Below, in pieces: positions 36,459 to 46,231 of a DNA stretch of 64,000 nt. Numbering within the stretch: position 1 is the stretch's first letter; every line of letters starts with the position of its first letter. This stretch comes from Polyangiaceae bacterium (lineage in GTDB: Bacteria > Myxococcota_A > Polyangia > Polyangiales > Polyangiaceae). Location: the NCBI GenBank assembly GCA_965222375.1, contig CBDCTZ010000016.1, positions 1,280,001 to 1,344,000 on the forward strand, written 5' to 3'. The notes beneath the pieces were generated by a model. It ran no database searches and was not told the origin of the DNA. It saw only the letters and a program-made list of their open reading frames with translations. The position numbers and the translations under genes were made by a program.

Positions 36459-36500
36459 TTTTTGTCGCATCACTGTTGCGCGCTCAATCCCTAATCTCGC
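36459..36500 (-). repeat. Dispersed 42-bp bipartite motif, copy D
   Basis: Minus strand GCGAGATTAG-23 nt-CGACAAAAA. Confidence 0.75.
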
Positions 36501-36530
36501 GTTTATTCTGAATTTTGCACCGGTTCCGCC

Positions 36531-37976
36531 ATGGACCAGCGGTTGCACAAGCCGCTAGGCATGTGGACCCGCCTCGCAGCCGTCGCCGTCTTGTCAGCAT
36601 TCACCTTGGGCTGTGGTGCCGCCGAACCCGGAGACGAAGTCGTCGGAACCGTGCAGGAGGCCGTGAGCGCGCCCCTTGCCGCTGCCTATTGCATGGCTCA
36701 GGTTATCGGCAAGGGTGCCAAGTCTACTGAGGACGACTACTTGCCCCACGTCATCACTTGCGAGAACGGTGGCGCGAACCTGGAGGCCCTCAAGGCTCAA
36801 GCCATCGCCGCCCGATCGGTCCTCTACTACAACATGGCAACGAGTGGCTCCATCTGTGACAGCCAGGGCTGTCAGGTCTACTCCTGCGGTGCCGCCCCTC
36901 AGGCCAAGCACTACCAAGCGGTCAAGGAGACCGCCGGCATGTACCTCTCCTACGCCGGGACGCTGACCTATGGGTTCTACGTCGCGGGCGATAGCGGAGT
37001 GAAGGCGCCGAGCTGCAAGGACTACAGCGGCTCGACCACCAAGTACATCACTTACAACGAAGGCAAGACCGGTACAGCCGTCAAGCAGACCAGCCTGGGC
37101 TGGATTGGCCCTGCGGGCAACGGTCAGAATCGCGGCTGCATGGGGCAGTGGGGAGCGCGCTGCCTCGAGAATCACAAGGGCTACGACTACAAACAGATCC
37201 TGCGCTTCTACTACGGAGCCGATCTGCAGATCCTGAAAGCAACAGGTCCTTGCACTAAAGGCTGCGAACCGACCCATTGCGAAGGCAGCAAGATGGTCAG
37301 CGCGTGTGGCAAAGGCGATTGCGCCGCCTTCGGTGCAGACTGTGTCAAAGACTCCCTCGGCGTGCGCTGCGTCAGCGTGTTTTGCCCGGCAAAGGGCAAG
37401 ACCAAAGCCTGCATGGACGACTCATTGATCATCGATTGCAATGATGGTGCACCGTCCGAACCCGGCGATTGCAGTGCGTACGCGGCCTACTGTTCCACCG
37501 CAGGGGTCAGTAGCGCGCGGTGTGTCAGCGCATTCTGCGTCAAGGGGCCAAACGAAGTTCCGAAGGCGCATGACATCTGCATGCCAGATGGGACCCTCGC
37601 GCGTTGCACCAGCGCCGGGCTGCCGAAAAATGCCACAGCGTGTCCAAGTGGAACCAAGTGCGTCGCAAAGAACGGTGGTGCTTCTTGCGAGGCGGGCGGC
37701 TCTGGGACAGCTGGCGCCACTGGCGCCACTGGCGCTGGGGGCAGCGCGGGCAGCGCCGGTGCCGGTCTAGCTGGCGCCCCTTGGGAGAACCCAGATCCGA
37801 GCGGCGGCGCTGCGTCAGCCTCGCATCAGACGCGCATCGATTCCGCAGATGACGGTGGTTGCCGCGTGGCGGCCCCGCGCGGGAAGAGACGTCGGATGCC
37901 ATGGCTGTTCATGCTGGCTGCTTCGGTAGTATTTGCCCTGCGCCGCAAGGGCCGTGCCACGGAGGTTGCGCGATGA
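36531..37976 (+). CDS. SpoIID/LytB-domain (lytic transglycosylase-like) protein with Cys-rich stalk and MYXO-CTERM-type anchor
   Basis: DYLPHVITCENGGANLEALKAQAIAARS, ICDSQGCQVY, MGQWGA, YKQILRFYY; C-terminus DDGGCRVA...WLFMLAASVVFALRRK. Confidence 0.88.
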   Translation: MDQRLHKPLGMWTRLAAVAVLSAFTLGCGAAEPGDEVVGTVQEAVSAPLAAAYCMAQVIGKGAKSTEDDYLPHVITCENGGANLEALKAQAIAARSVLYYNMATSGSICDSQGCQVYSCGAAPQAKHYQAVKETAGMYLSYAGTLTYGFYVAGDSGVKAPSCKDYSGSTTKYITYNEGKTGTAVKQTSLGWIGPAGNGQNRGCMGQWGARCLENHKGYDYKQILRFYYGADLQILKATGPCTKGCEPTHCEGSKMVSACGKGDCAAFGADCVKDSLGVRCVSVFCPAKGKTKACMDDSLIIDCNDGAPSEPGDCSAYAAYCSTAGVSSARCVSAFCVKGPNEVPKAHDICMPDGTLARCTSAGLPKNATACPSGTKCVAKNGGASCEAGGSGTAGATGATGAGGSAGSAGAGLAGAPWENPDPSGGAASASHQTRIDSADDGGCRVAAPRGKRRRMPWLFMLAASVVFALRRKGRATEVAR

Positions 37977-39433
37977 GTTGGGCGCATTGGATCGCTGGCC
38001 TGGCAAGCCTGGCTTGGCTCGGCAGCATGGGCTGCAGCGTGGAAGTTGCGGACGAAGAGCGAGAGCGGGAGAGCCCTCCCGCCGCTACTGTCGCCGAAGA
38101 GCTGTCCAGCATTTCGTGTTCGGAGAAGAAGGATACGGGCTACACCAAAGGCAACTCGTTTCCGATCACTGTCGTCACTGTGGACGGCAAACCCGTGGAG
38201 AAAGACACCGCGAACGCCTACTACGTCATGGCCCAAGCTGCGGCCAAGGCCGGGGTCACGCTGAAGATCGTGAGTGGCTTTCGCACGATGGCTCAGCAGC
38301 AGTACCTCTACAGCTGCTACGTGAACTGCAATTGCAACGGCTGCAACCTGGCAGCAAAACCCGGTTACAGCAATCACCAGAGCGGCCACGCTCTCGATCT
38401 GAATACGTCTTCTCCTGGCGTGCTGAATTGGCTCAATGCAAACGGGGCCAAGTACGGCTTTTCACGTACAGTGCCGAGCGAATCGTGGCATTGGGAGTGG
38501 TGGGGTGGCGGCCCGGGTGGTGGGCCTTGCAGCTGCGAGCCCACTCACTGCGAGGGCAGCAAGATCGTCAGCGGCTGCGGCAAGGGTGATTGCGCAGCTT
38601 ACGGCGCGAACTGCGTGAAGGATTCAAAGGGCGTTCGATGCGTGAGCGTGTTCTGCCCAGCCACGGGCAGCAAGAAGGTGTGCTTGGACGCGGACAGGTT
38701 GGGCACCTGCAAAGACGGTGGCATCACCTCGGGTAGCTGCGGCGCTTTTGGTGCCACTTGCGTGGAGGACTCCTTGGGCGCCCGGTGCGTGAGCGTGTTC
38801 TGCCCCGCCAAGGGCAAGAAGAAGGTTTGCATTGACGATTCCAAGATCTTGGAGTGCAACAACGGTGCTCCGTCGAATCCCGGAGACTGCGCGGCCTTTG
38901 GCGCGTATTGTTCTGAAGTCGGGACCACCAGTGCTCGTTGCGTCAGCGCGTTCTGCGTCGCTGGGCCCAAAGAAGTGCCCAAGGCCCATGACGTATGCCT
39001 ACCCGATGGTCGCATCGCCTACTGCACTAAAGCAGGCGCCCTCACGGGAGTGAAGAAGTGCGCGGACGGCAGTCCCTGCGACAGCACTGGTGGTGTTGCC
39101 AAGTGCCCTGATGGCACGAACTCGAACCCCGGAAGTGGCGGCGCCGGTAGCGCCGGTGCCGCGGGCAGCGCCGGGATGCCTTGGGGCGATCCCCACGGAG
39201 ATCCGATTGGCACTGCGGGTCAGGGGGTCGAACCCGCCCCGTCCCGGGTTGCTTCTGGCGACGGAGACGGCGGCTGCAGCCTTTCGCCCCGCGGAAGCTC
39301 ACGATTGGGAGCGGCATGGTGGCTTGCTCTTGCCGGCGTGCTGATCGCCGGCCGGCGTCGGTCTACTTGCGCTGGCATTCCGCGGCGGGCAGTGCTGCGC
39401 CGCAGCCGCACGCCCCGAGAGCAATCTCTTTGA
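37973..39433 (+). CDS. M15B/VanY-like Zn peptidase with Cys-rich stalk and MYXO-CTERM-type anchor
   Basis: [34 protein letters not shown] overlap with upstream stop; C-terminus DGGCSL...[15 protein letters not shown]. Confidence 0.88.
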   Translation: MSWAHWIAGLASLAWLGSMGCSVEVADEERERESPPAATVAEELSSISCSEKKDTGYTKGNSFPITVVTVDGKPVEKDTANAYYVMAQAAAKAGVTLKIVSGFRTMAQQQYLYSCYVNCNCNGCNLAAKPGYSNHQSGHALDLNTSSPGVLNWLNANGAKYGFSRTVPSESWHWEWWGGGPGGGPCSCEPTHCEGSKIVSGCGKGDCAAYGANCVKDSKGVRCVSVFCPATGSKKVCLDADRLGTCKDGGITSGSCGAFGATCVEDSLGARCVSVFCPAKGKKKVCIDDSKILECNNGAPSNPGDCAAFGAYCSEVGTTSARCVSAFCVAGPKEVPKAHDVCLPDGRIAYCTKAGALTGVKKCADGSPCDSTGGVAKCPDGTNSNPGSGGAGSAGAAGSAGMPWGDPHGDPIGTAGQGVEPAPSRVASGDGDGGCSLSPRGSSRLGAAWWLALAGVLIAGRRRSTCAGIPRRAVLRRSRTPREQSL

Positions 39434-39989
39434 CGAAGGAGTAACCCGGCGGGCACGCGTTCTTGCAGGGAGTGCTAGCACAGCAGACCTGAACCTTCGC
39501 CAAGCACGCCTGTTCGCAGCGCAGCCCGTTGATGCAAAACCCACAGTTGTCGGGCCCACCGCACTCCGTGTCGCAGATCAACGCGGCTGCGGCGTAGTAC
39601 CCAGCGGGGCACTTGCTGTTCGTGCTAGCGCACGCTTTCACGGATGGTCCCGCGCCTCCTTCATGCTGTACGCCAGTTTTCGGATCGCAGAAGTCAACGG
39701 TGCAGGAGTTCCCGTCGTCCAGCTTCGGCGGCTTGCCTGCGGCGCACTTGCCTTCGGGCAAACAGACCTCGTCGCCGTTGCACGCGTCGCCGTCGGCGCA
39801 GTCGGTCGCGTCCTTGCACTCCACCGTCGGGAAGCCCGATGCGCCAGCCGTGAACGCGCCCACGCCGCCGGTTCCACCCGAAGCAGAGGGCTGGCCACCG
39901 GTGGCGGCGGCAGGCCCCTCGAAGCCGTCGAGGGGTTCCACCAAGGTGCAGGCGACCAGGACGGGGAACAGCCCTAGCCAAGCGCGCAT
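39363..39989 (-). CDS. Cys-rich lipoprotein
   Basis: Lipobox [34 protein letters not shown]. Confidence 0.75.
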   Translation of the reverse strand: MRAWLGLFPVLVACTLVEPLDGFEGPAAATGGQPSASGGTGGVGAFTAGASGFPTVECKDATDCADGDACNGDEVCLPEGKCAAGKPPKLDDGNSCTVDFCDPKTGVQHEGGAGPSVKACASTNSKCPAGYYAAAALICDTECGGPDNCGFCINGLRCEQACLAKVQVCCASTPCKNACPPGYSFVKEIALGACGCGAALPAAECQRK

Positions 39990-40057
39990 GGCAGAAGCCT
40001 AGCACGTGGATTCGGATTTCAGCCGCGGCGACAGCGAGCTGGTAGACTCACGCGAAA

Positions 40058-41359
40058 ATGTCGGACGCCACCGAGACCCGGCACGAGTTGCTCAGCGAGA
40101 AGGCTGCGCGCCCGCGCCCCGGCATCCTGATTCTCTTTACGGAAGACCGGGACAGCTTCAGCCCGGTGCCGATCGGCATCGAGCGCACGAGTACAATCGG
40201 TCGCGACGAGTCGGCCAGCATTGTTTTGGACGATTCCCAGTCATCCAGGGTGCATGCGCAGCTGACTCCAGCCGACGGAGGCTTTCAGGTGCAAGACCTG
40301 CAGAGTCGCAATGGGAGCTTCGTGCGGGGAGCGCGCATCGACGCCGGCACCTTTCTGCCCTACGGCGGGACGCTGCGACTAGGCCGCTCCGTGGTGCTCG
40401 CGGTCATGGACGTGGAGCCGCACCGCATACCATCGAGTTCCGACACTGCGCTAATCGGTGCGGGAAACATCGAGGCCTTGCGCGCACGCATTCGTGAGAT
40501 TGGAACGCGCCCGGAGCCGGCGCTCGTCGAAGGTGAGACCGGCGTCGGCAAAGAGCGGGTGAGTGAGGCCTTGCACCTGGCGAGTCAACGACCCGGGCGC
40601 CTCGTGGCTGTCAACTGCGCGGCGCTTCCCAAGGACCTCGTCGAGGCGGAGTTGTTTGGACATGCCAAGGGTGCGTTTTCCGGATCCGATCGAGCCCGGG
40701 AAGGGCTGTTTCGCACCGCGACCCAGGGAACGCTCTTGTTAGACGAAGTGGGAGATCTGCCTGCCGAGGCCCAAGCCAAGTTGCTGCGCGTGCTCGAAAC
40801 TAACGAGGTCCGCGCAGTCGGTGAGGATCGAGCCGCGAGCGTGGATGTTCGTATCGTGGCGGCCACGAACGCGCCCCTCGAGCGACTAGTCAAAGATGGA
40901 CGTTTCCGCGCGGACCTCTTTCACCGCCTGGCAGCCTGGCGCGTCTCGGTACCCGCGTTGCGCGAACACCCCGAAGACATTCCGTGCCTGGTCGCACACT
41001 TCGAGCCGGGTGCGCGTTTCAGTGTCGAGGCGATGGAGGCCTTGCTGAACGCGGAGTGGCCGGGGAACGTGCGGGAACTCAAGAATGCCGTGCGCGCGGG
41101 CGCCGCCGGCGCTTCCGCGGTGGGTAGCACTCACGTCCAGCCTACGCATCTGCCAGGAGAGCTTGCGACGCCAGCTTCGCCTCGACGCGCTGGAGATCGC
41201 GAGAATGACGAAGTGTTCCGCGCCCGCCTCGATACAGCACTGACAGTGCGCGAGGGCAACGTCGCGCAAGTCGCGCGAGATCTCGGCGTCGGACGCCCTT
41301 GGCTGTATTCGGCTTTGAAGCGGCTTGCCATCAATCCGGCGTCTTACCGGAAGCCCTAG
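40058..41359 (+). CDS. FHA-domain sigma-54-dependent transcriptional activator (bEBP)
   Basis: FHA IGR..SRVHA..DLQSRNGS; GETGVGKE, ELFGHAKGAFSG, LLLDEVG, WPGNVREL, Fis-type HTH. Confidence 0.93.
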   Translation: MSDATETRHELLSEKAARPRPGILILFTEDRDSFSPVPIGIERTSTIGRDESASIVLDDSQSSRVHAQLTPADGGFQVQDLQSRNGSFVRGARIDAGTFLPYGGTLRLGRSVVLAVMDVEPHRIPSSSDTALIGAGNIEALRARIREIGTRPEPALVEGETGVGKERVSEALHLASQRPGRLVAVNCAALPKDLVEAELFGHAKGAFSGSDRAREGLFRTATQGTLLLDEVGDLPAEAQAKLLRVLETNEVRAVGEDRAASVDVRIVAATNAPLERLVKDGRFRADLFHRLAAWRVSVPALREHPEDIPCLVAHFEPGARFSVEAMEALLNAEWPGNVRELKNAVRAGAAGASAVGSTHVQPTHLPGELATPASPRRAGDRENDEVFRARLDTALTVREGNVAQVARDLGVGRPWLYSALKRLAINPASYRKP

Positions 41360-43156
41360 ATGCGTCGCCCAGAGCAGATCGGCCGCTATCTACTGTTCGA
41401 CGCCATAGCGCGCGGCGGCATGGCGAGTGTGCACCTTGGCCGAGTCGAAGGGAATGCGGGCTTCTCCAAAATCGTGGCCATCAAGCGCCACCATCCGCAG
41501 TTTGCCAAAGACCCATACTTTCGCGACATGCTCCTCGACGAGGCGCGTCTGACAGCGCGCGTGGTGCATCCCAATGTGATCAGCGTGTTCGACGTCATCG
41601 CCGCAGGAGGTGAGCTGTTGGTCGTGATGGAGTACGTTCCGTCGCTGGCCCTTTCGCAGCTGGGATCGGCATGGTCTTCTTCCGGACAGGACGTGCCACC
41701 CGCAGTGGCGGTCGCTGTGCTCGTTGCAGCCCTGGAGGGGCTGAACGCCGCTCACGAGGCTGTCGACGAGCGTGGCAAGGCATTGAAGCTCGTGCATCGC
41801 GACGTATCGCCGCACAACCTTCTCGTTGGCGAAGACGGGTTGGTGCGGGTGATTGACTTCGGTGTGGCGCAGGCCGCGGAGCGGGTACAGACCACGCGGA
41901 CCGGCGAGGTGAAGGGTAAGCTCGCCTACATGGCAGCTGAGCAAATCCGACGCAGCGACATCGATCGCCGAGCAGATGTCTACGGCGCCGGAGTGACGCT
42001 CTGGGAAGCGCTGGCGGGGCGCCGCATCCACGAAGACCTGGAACCCGGAAAGGTGGTACAGCGTGTGACCACGGGCGATTTCGAGCCGCCAAGCAGGTAT
42101 GCGACGCAGCCGCAGGCGGCATTGGACGAGGTGGTGATGCGCGCACTGCGCCCGGAGCCGTGCGAGCGCTTTTCCACCGCTCTGGCAATGGTGAAGGCGT
42201 TGCGCCGGGCCTGCCCGCCGGTTTCGCGTGCGGAGGTTGCAGATTGGATCGCAAGCGTTGGTGCGGAAGCCCTGAAGACGCGCAGCCGTGCCCACGCGCT
42301 CGTTGACGGTTGGACGCCCGCAGCGACAGGTGCCGAGTTGTCGCGAGTCGGCCGCGCGTCCGAACCCACTGAGGCACGCCCCATTCGCACAACCGACGCC
42401 ACTGAGGCACGCCCTACCGTGGGGGCTGACGAAACCGAGGCGCGAAAGCGGGGCGATCGCGGCGCTCCGCCCGATCCGACGCTCGTGTCGGCCCAAGAGC
42501 CTCCAGTGCCGCCGCGTAGCGATCCGGACGGAACACGGACCACGCAGCTGCGCGATTCGGATGAAACTCTTACAATGAAGCTTGAGGAGCACGACGACAC
42601 TCAGACCCAACCGCTCACGGACCCCGAAGGGACCCGAACCACCGAGCTTCGCGCTGGCCATGTCCCAACGGTGGTTTCCGCTGCATCGGCTGATCCCCAG
42701 GGCGCTCCGGAGCGCCCCGCGTCTGTGGCGCCGGCTGCCGCCATTGGCGGGTCGGTTTGGTCTGCGGTTTTGGGCGCGGCAGGTGTCATCGCGCTGGTGG
42801 CCGTTGTCGTGTTGGTGGTCCTTAACGCCCGGCAACCCGAGGCGCCTCGAGCACCTTCGGCGGATTCTACCGAGGTGGTGATCGGGCCAGGCGACCGGGT
42901 GCCGACGGCTCCCCCTGCTCAGGCTAGCCGATCCCAACCCAGTGAAGCGGTTCCTGTGGTCACGACCCCCGTGCCGGTCGAGCCCCAGCCGAGTTCGTCC
43001 ATCGAGCCGAGCACCGCGCCGCCCCCAACGACCAAACGCCCGCCCTCAAAGCCCCCGGCAGCACGACCTCCAAGTGGAAGACCCAAGCCAAACTGCAGTC
43101 CACCCTACACCCTCGACGCGGATGGCGTGCGAATCCCAAAGCGCGAGTGCTACTGA
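41360..43156 (+). CDS. Transmembrane Hanks-type Ser/Thr protein kinase
   Basis: ARGGMASV, VAIK, HRDVSPHN, DFG, GKLAYM; TM helix, Pro-rich linker, Cys-bracketed C-terminal module. Confidence 0.93.
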   Translation: MRRPEQIGRYLLFDAIARGGMASVHLGRVEGNAGFSKIVAIKRHHPQFAKDPYFRDMLLDEARLTARVVHPNVISVFDVIAAGGELLVVMEYVPSLALSQLGSAWSSSGQDVPPAVAVAVLVAALEGLNAAHEAVDERGKALKLVHRDVSPHNLLVGEDGLVRVIDFGVAQAAERVQTTRTGEVKGKLAYMAAEQIRRSDIDRRADVYGAGVTLWEALAGRRIHEDLEPGKVVQRVTTGDFEPPSRYATQPQAALDEVVMRALRPEPCERFSTALAMVKALRRACPPVSRAEVADWIASVGAEALKTRSRAHALVDGWTPAATGAELSRVGRASEPTEARPIRTTDATEARPTVGADETEARKRGDRGAPPDPTLVSAQEPPVPPRSDPDGTRTTQLRDSDETLTMKLEEHDDTQTQPLTDPEGTRTTELRAGHVPTVVSAASADPQGAPERPASVAPAAAIGGSVWSAVLGAAGVIALVAVVVLVVLNARQPEAPRAPSADSTEVVIGPGDRVPTAPPAQASRSQPSEAVPVVTTPVPVEPQPSSSIEPSTAPPPTTKRPPSKPPAARPPSGRPKPNCSPPYTLDADGVRIPKRECY

Positions 43157-43187
43157 GGCCCGTGACTTCGCGGGCATGCCGGAGACG

Positions 43188-44837
43188 TCACTGCCGCTCG
43201 AAGCACCCGACGTCCGGCGCAGCGCCCTGAAACGGAGCGTTGCCCTTGGTGCCCGCGTCGACGAGATCGCTGCCCGGCACCAGTCGCATGAACTTCACGA
43301 CGGGCAGGCTGCCGTCCGGGGAGCGCGGCGAAAGCAGCGCCGCATCGTCGAGGCCTTCGAAGTCATTGGCTGCGACTGAAAAGGCACTGCTCGAGTCCCA
43401 GGAGTTGTGCGAAGTCGTGGTCGCTCCAGGAATGCCAGAGGCCTTGGGCGTGTCGAGGTCGACGCAGTTGTGCAGCACGTTGTTCGGCCCCAAATCCCAA
43501 CCCAGCGCACGCCGGCCATTGGCATAGGAGGCGCAGTTCTCGAGGCGATAGGGACCGCCATCCATCCGGAAACCCAGATGAACATTCTTCCAAGAAAGGC
43601 AGCGCAGCGCGGAGTGCTTGCCGGTGTCCTTGGTGTAGCCCAGCTTGATGCCTTCGCCCCATTCAGCTTCAAAACCGGGCGTGCCCGTCAAGGTACCCTG
43701 GGCGTCGTCGCGCCCCGCGAATCCCGACCAGCATTGATACAGGCTAACGGGGCTGTCCGCCCAAACCAGATCGTAGTTGTCGTCCATGTTGTGCCAGGCG
43801 CGACAGCCGATCAGCTCGATGCCTTCCCCGCTCTTGATCCGAAACCCGTCCCCATGCTGATACAGGTTCTCCGCGACGTTCTCTCCAGACTTGGTGCGAT
43901 GGTTGGCGTTGTGATGGGCGTCGCAGTTGATGAAGCGAATGTTCTTGGCGGTGGCCCACTGGTCCTCGACGATGAGGAAACCGTGGCCCGCGCGCGCCGC
44001 CGTTTGACCGTTGTAACTGCTCTCGATGAACACGAAGTCGAGGTTCTGAGTGGCCTTTTCGATTACCACTCCCGCGCCGCGCCCCTTGGTCAGCTGCAGC
44101 GGGCCGCGGATCTGCCAGTGTTTGGCGCCGGCGAAGTGCCAGGTCGCGGTGGAGCCGCCTTCGGTGTCTCCTTCCGGCACCTTGCTTGCGTCGATGATGG
44201 GAAGTTCACCCGGGTAGCTCTTTAGGATGATCGGCTTGTCCGCTGTGCCCTCGACCTTGAACTGCGTGCGTTCGGTGGGTTGGTAGGTGCCGCCGCGAAG
44301 ATAGATGAGGTTACCGGGCTTCGCCACGTCGTGGGCCTTCTGGACGGTAGCGAAGGGACTTCCTTCGCTACCGTCGCCAGAGTCACTGCCCCCAGGGGCG
44401 ACGTAGTAGTCCGCAGTCTGTGGCGTGCAATCGGGGTCGGCCTGCTTGCATAGGCCCGCGTCGACTAGCGCCGAATCGCACTCCAGGTCGCCGTAGAAGC
44501 CCAGCGCATCGCAGAGATCGCAGCCCGGCGACATCTGGTGTGCAGCGCACAGGGTGTCGGGCAAAGCGCTGCCCGGCGCGCGTCCCAAGATGTCAAACTT
44601 GGTCACTTCCGGCGCCGACCCGACCGCTCCCCCCGTGCTGTTGCCACCTGAGCTGTTACCGCCGGAGCTGTTGCCACTGGAGCTGTTGCCGCCCGTACTC
44701 GCGCCCCCACTGCCGGCGCTCGCTCCGCCAGTGCCACCCCCGCTCTCGTCACCGCCTGAGCAAGCGCTGAGCATCACGGACGCCGTCATGCTCCCAATCG
44801 CCACCAGGGCCCACCACCGCTTTTGTCGTCGCTGCAT
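43188..44837 (-). CDS. PL9/PelL-like right-handed beta-helix lipoprotein (polysaccharide lyase-like)
   Basis: Lipobox MLSAC; YYVAPGGSD..GSEGSPFATVQKA, LRGGTY, GDGF, CRAWHNMDDNYD, GIKLG; GAGGAG RBS. Confidence 0.85.
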   Translation of the reverse strand: MQRRQKRWWALVAIGSMTASVMLSACSGGDESGGGTGGASAGSGGASTGGNSSSGNSSGGNSSGGNSTGGAVGSAPEVTKFDILGRAPGSALPDTLCAAHQMSPGCDLCDALGFYGDLECDSALVDAGLCKQADPDCTPQTADYYVAPGGSDSGDGSEGSPFATVQKAHDVAKPGNLIYLRGGTYQPTERTQFKVEGTADKPIILKSYPGELPIIDASKVPEGDTEGGSTATWHFAGAKHWQIRGPLQLTKGRGAGVVIEKATQNLDFVFIESSYNGQTAARAGHGFLIVEDQWATAKNIRFINCDAHHNANHRTKSGENVAENLYQHGDGFRIKSGEGIELIGCRAWHNMDDNYDLVWADSPVSLYQCWSGFAGRDDAQGTLTGTPGFEAEWGEGIKLGYTKDTGKHSALRCLSWKNVHLGFRMDGGPYRLENCASYANGRRALGWDLGPNNVLHNCVDLDTPKASGIPGATTTSHNSWDSSSAFSVAANDFEGLDDAALLSPRSPDGSLPVVKFMRLVPGSDLVDAGTKGNAPFQGAAPDVGCFERQ

Positions 44838-44928
44838 GGCTGTCTCCTCATCCATAGTCAGCGAAACGGTCGGATTTCTCAACCGCACCTAGGACCTCAC
44901 GATGGGCGGCCGAACTCCAGGCGCCAGG

Positions 44929-44970
44929 GCGAGATTAGTGCGCCAGGGCTACCCAAATCCGCGACCCCAA
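44929..44970 (+). repeat. Dispersed 42-bp bipartite motif, copy B
   Basis: GCGAGATTAG-23 nt-CGACCCCAA. Confidence 0.75.
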
Positions 44971-45268
44971 CCACAAAAGCCAACCAGGACGCTTCGAGAT
45001 CTGTCCTGGGGCTTGCCGAGTGCGGCGCGAAGGGGCCGGTTGCGCTAGTCAGAAGCAATAGCGCCACTCACTTGTACTGGGTCAATGCCTGTACGATCGA
45101 GATAGCAAACGCCCTTTCCTTCGATGGGCTTGGTTCGACAGGGATCCAAGAAGCGACCGACGCCAGTACGCCACAGAGCCTGGCGGTCGCGTGGACCAAT
45201 GCAGCCGACGAGCTCAAGGTGCGTGTTGACGCGCTCGTTTGCAAATAGTCCGGGGAACCGTCGAGCGC

Positions 45269-46231
45269 TCAGCGGAAGGACAGGTTGATATTTGCTTTGC
45301 CGGGCGTGCTGGTGGGGGCGTGGGCCGCCTGGATGTCGTAGGTCGGGCCTGCGCCGCAGGTGATGGTCTTGTCGCCCGGGCCGCGCTCTTGCTTGGTGCA
45401 GTTGGCGCCGAGGGCGCCTTCCTGGACGAGGCCACGAATGGTGCGCATGGCCAGGACGTAGCCACCGGCAGCAGGGAAGGTGGCCACGATGCCGCCGGAG
45501 GCGCTGTGCACCTTGCCTCCACCTGCGGCCGTACCTGCCATGCGCAGAGTGATCGCGGCAGTGCCACCATCGAAGTCGCGCTTGTCGGTTGTGATATTCA
45601 CTGCGTCACTCACGTCCAACACGGTGATGGCGTTGCGGCATTGCACGGTGGTGCTGCGTACGCTCGGCGCGCCCTGGACGTAGCAAGCTCCAAGGGTGGC
45701 GGAGTTTTGCACGTTGATGGCCGTAGCCTGCCCCACGAAGTCGGCTTTGACGTCGAAGTGATTCACGGGTCCGCCAGCGCGGTTGACGATGTTGATCGGC
45801 CCGTTGAAGGTGTCCGGAACTCGAACGACCACATCGGAGCCAAGGCCGTTGCTGCCTCCCTGGCGTGCAACCGTGACGGTGAGACCTCCCTGTTGCACAG
45901 CGTTGACTTGCAGGTTCTCAGCAAGTTCACGATCCGCGGTCGCCTTGTTGTCGTAGGCCGCGTAGGCGAACGGCGCGAATTCCACCACCACCTGAGGCGA
46001 CGGGCTCCGAGTGACGAAAACGTTGCCGTAGACCACGTCGATGGTGAGCGGAGCACCCGGAGCGGCGTTGAAAGCCTGGGCCGGCGGTCGGGCACCGTTG
46101 TAGCGTTGGAGGCTCTTGGCAGTGCAGGTCGTGCCGGAGCCGTCCTCGATGCAAGCAACCTCGCAGGCGAGATTGGGGAGTGCGACCAACGCGGCGACCA
46201 CCGCAACCAACTTGTGTTTCGTGTGCATCAT
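45269..46231 (-). CDS. Lipoprotein, possibly DUF4097/adhesin-like beta-repeat
   Basis: Lipobox PNLAC; LTIDVVYGNVFV, DVVVRVP, beta-rich. Confidence 0.7.
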   Translation of the reverse strand: MMHTKHKLVAVVAALVALPNLACEVACIEDGSGTTCTAKSLQRYNGARPPAQAFNAAPGAPLTIDVVYGNVFVTRSPSPQVVVEFAPFAYAAYDNKATADRELAENLQVNAVQQGGLTVTVARQGGSNGLGSDVVVRVPDTFNGPINIVNRAGGPVNHFDVKADFVGQATAINVQNSATLGACYVQGAPSVRSTTVQCRNAITVLDVSDAVNITTDKRDFDGGTAAITLRMAGTAAGGGKVHSASGGIVATFPAAGGYVLAMRTIRGLVQEGALGANCTKQERGPGDKTITCGAGPTYDIQAAHAPTSTPGKANINLSFR

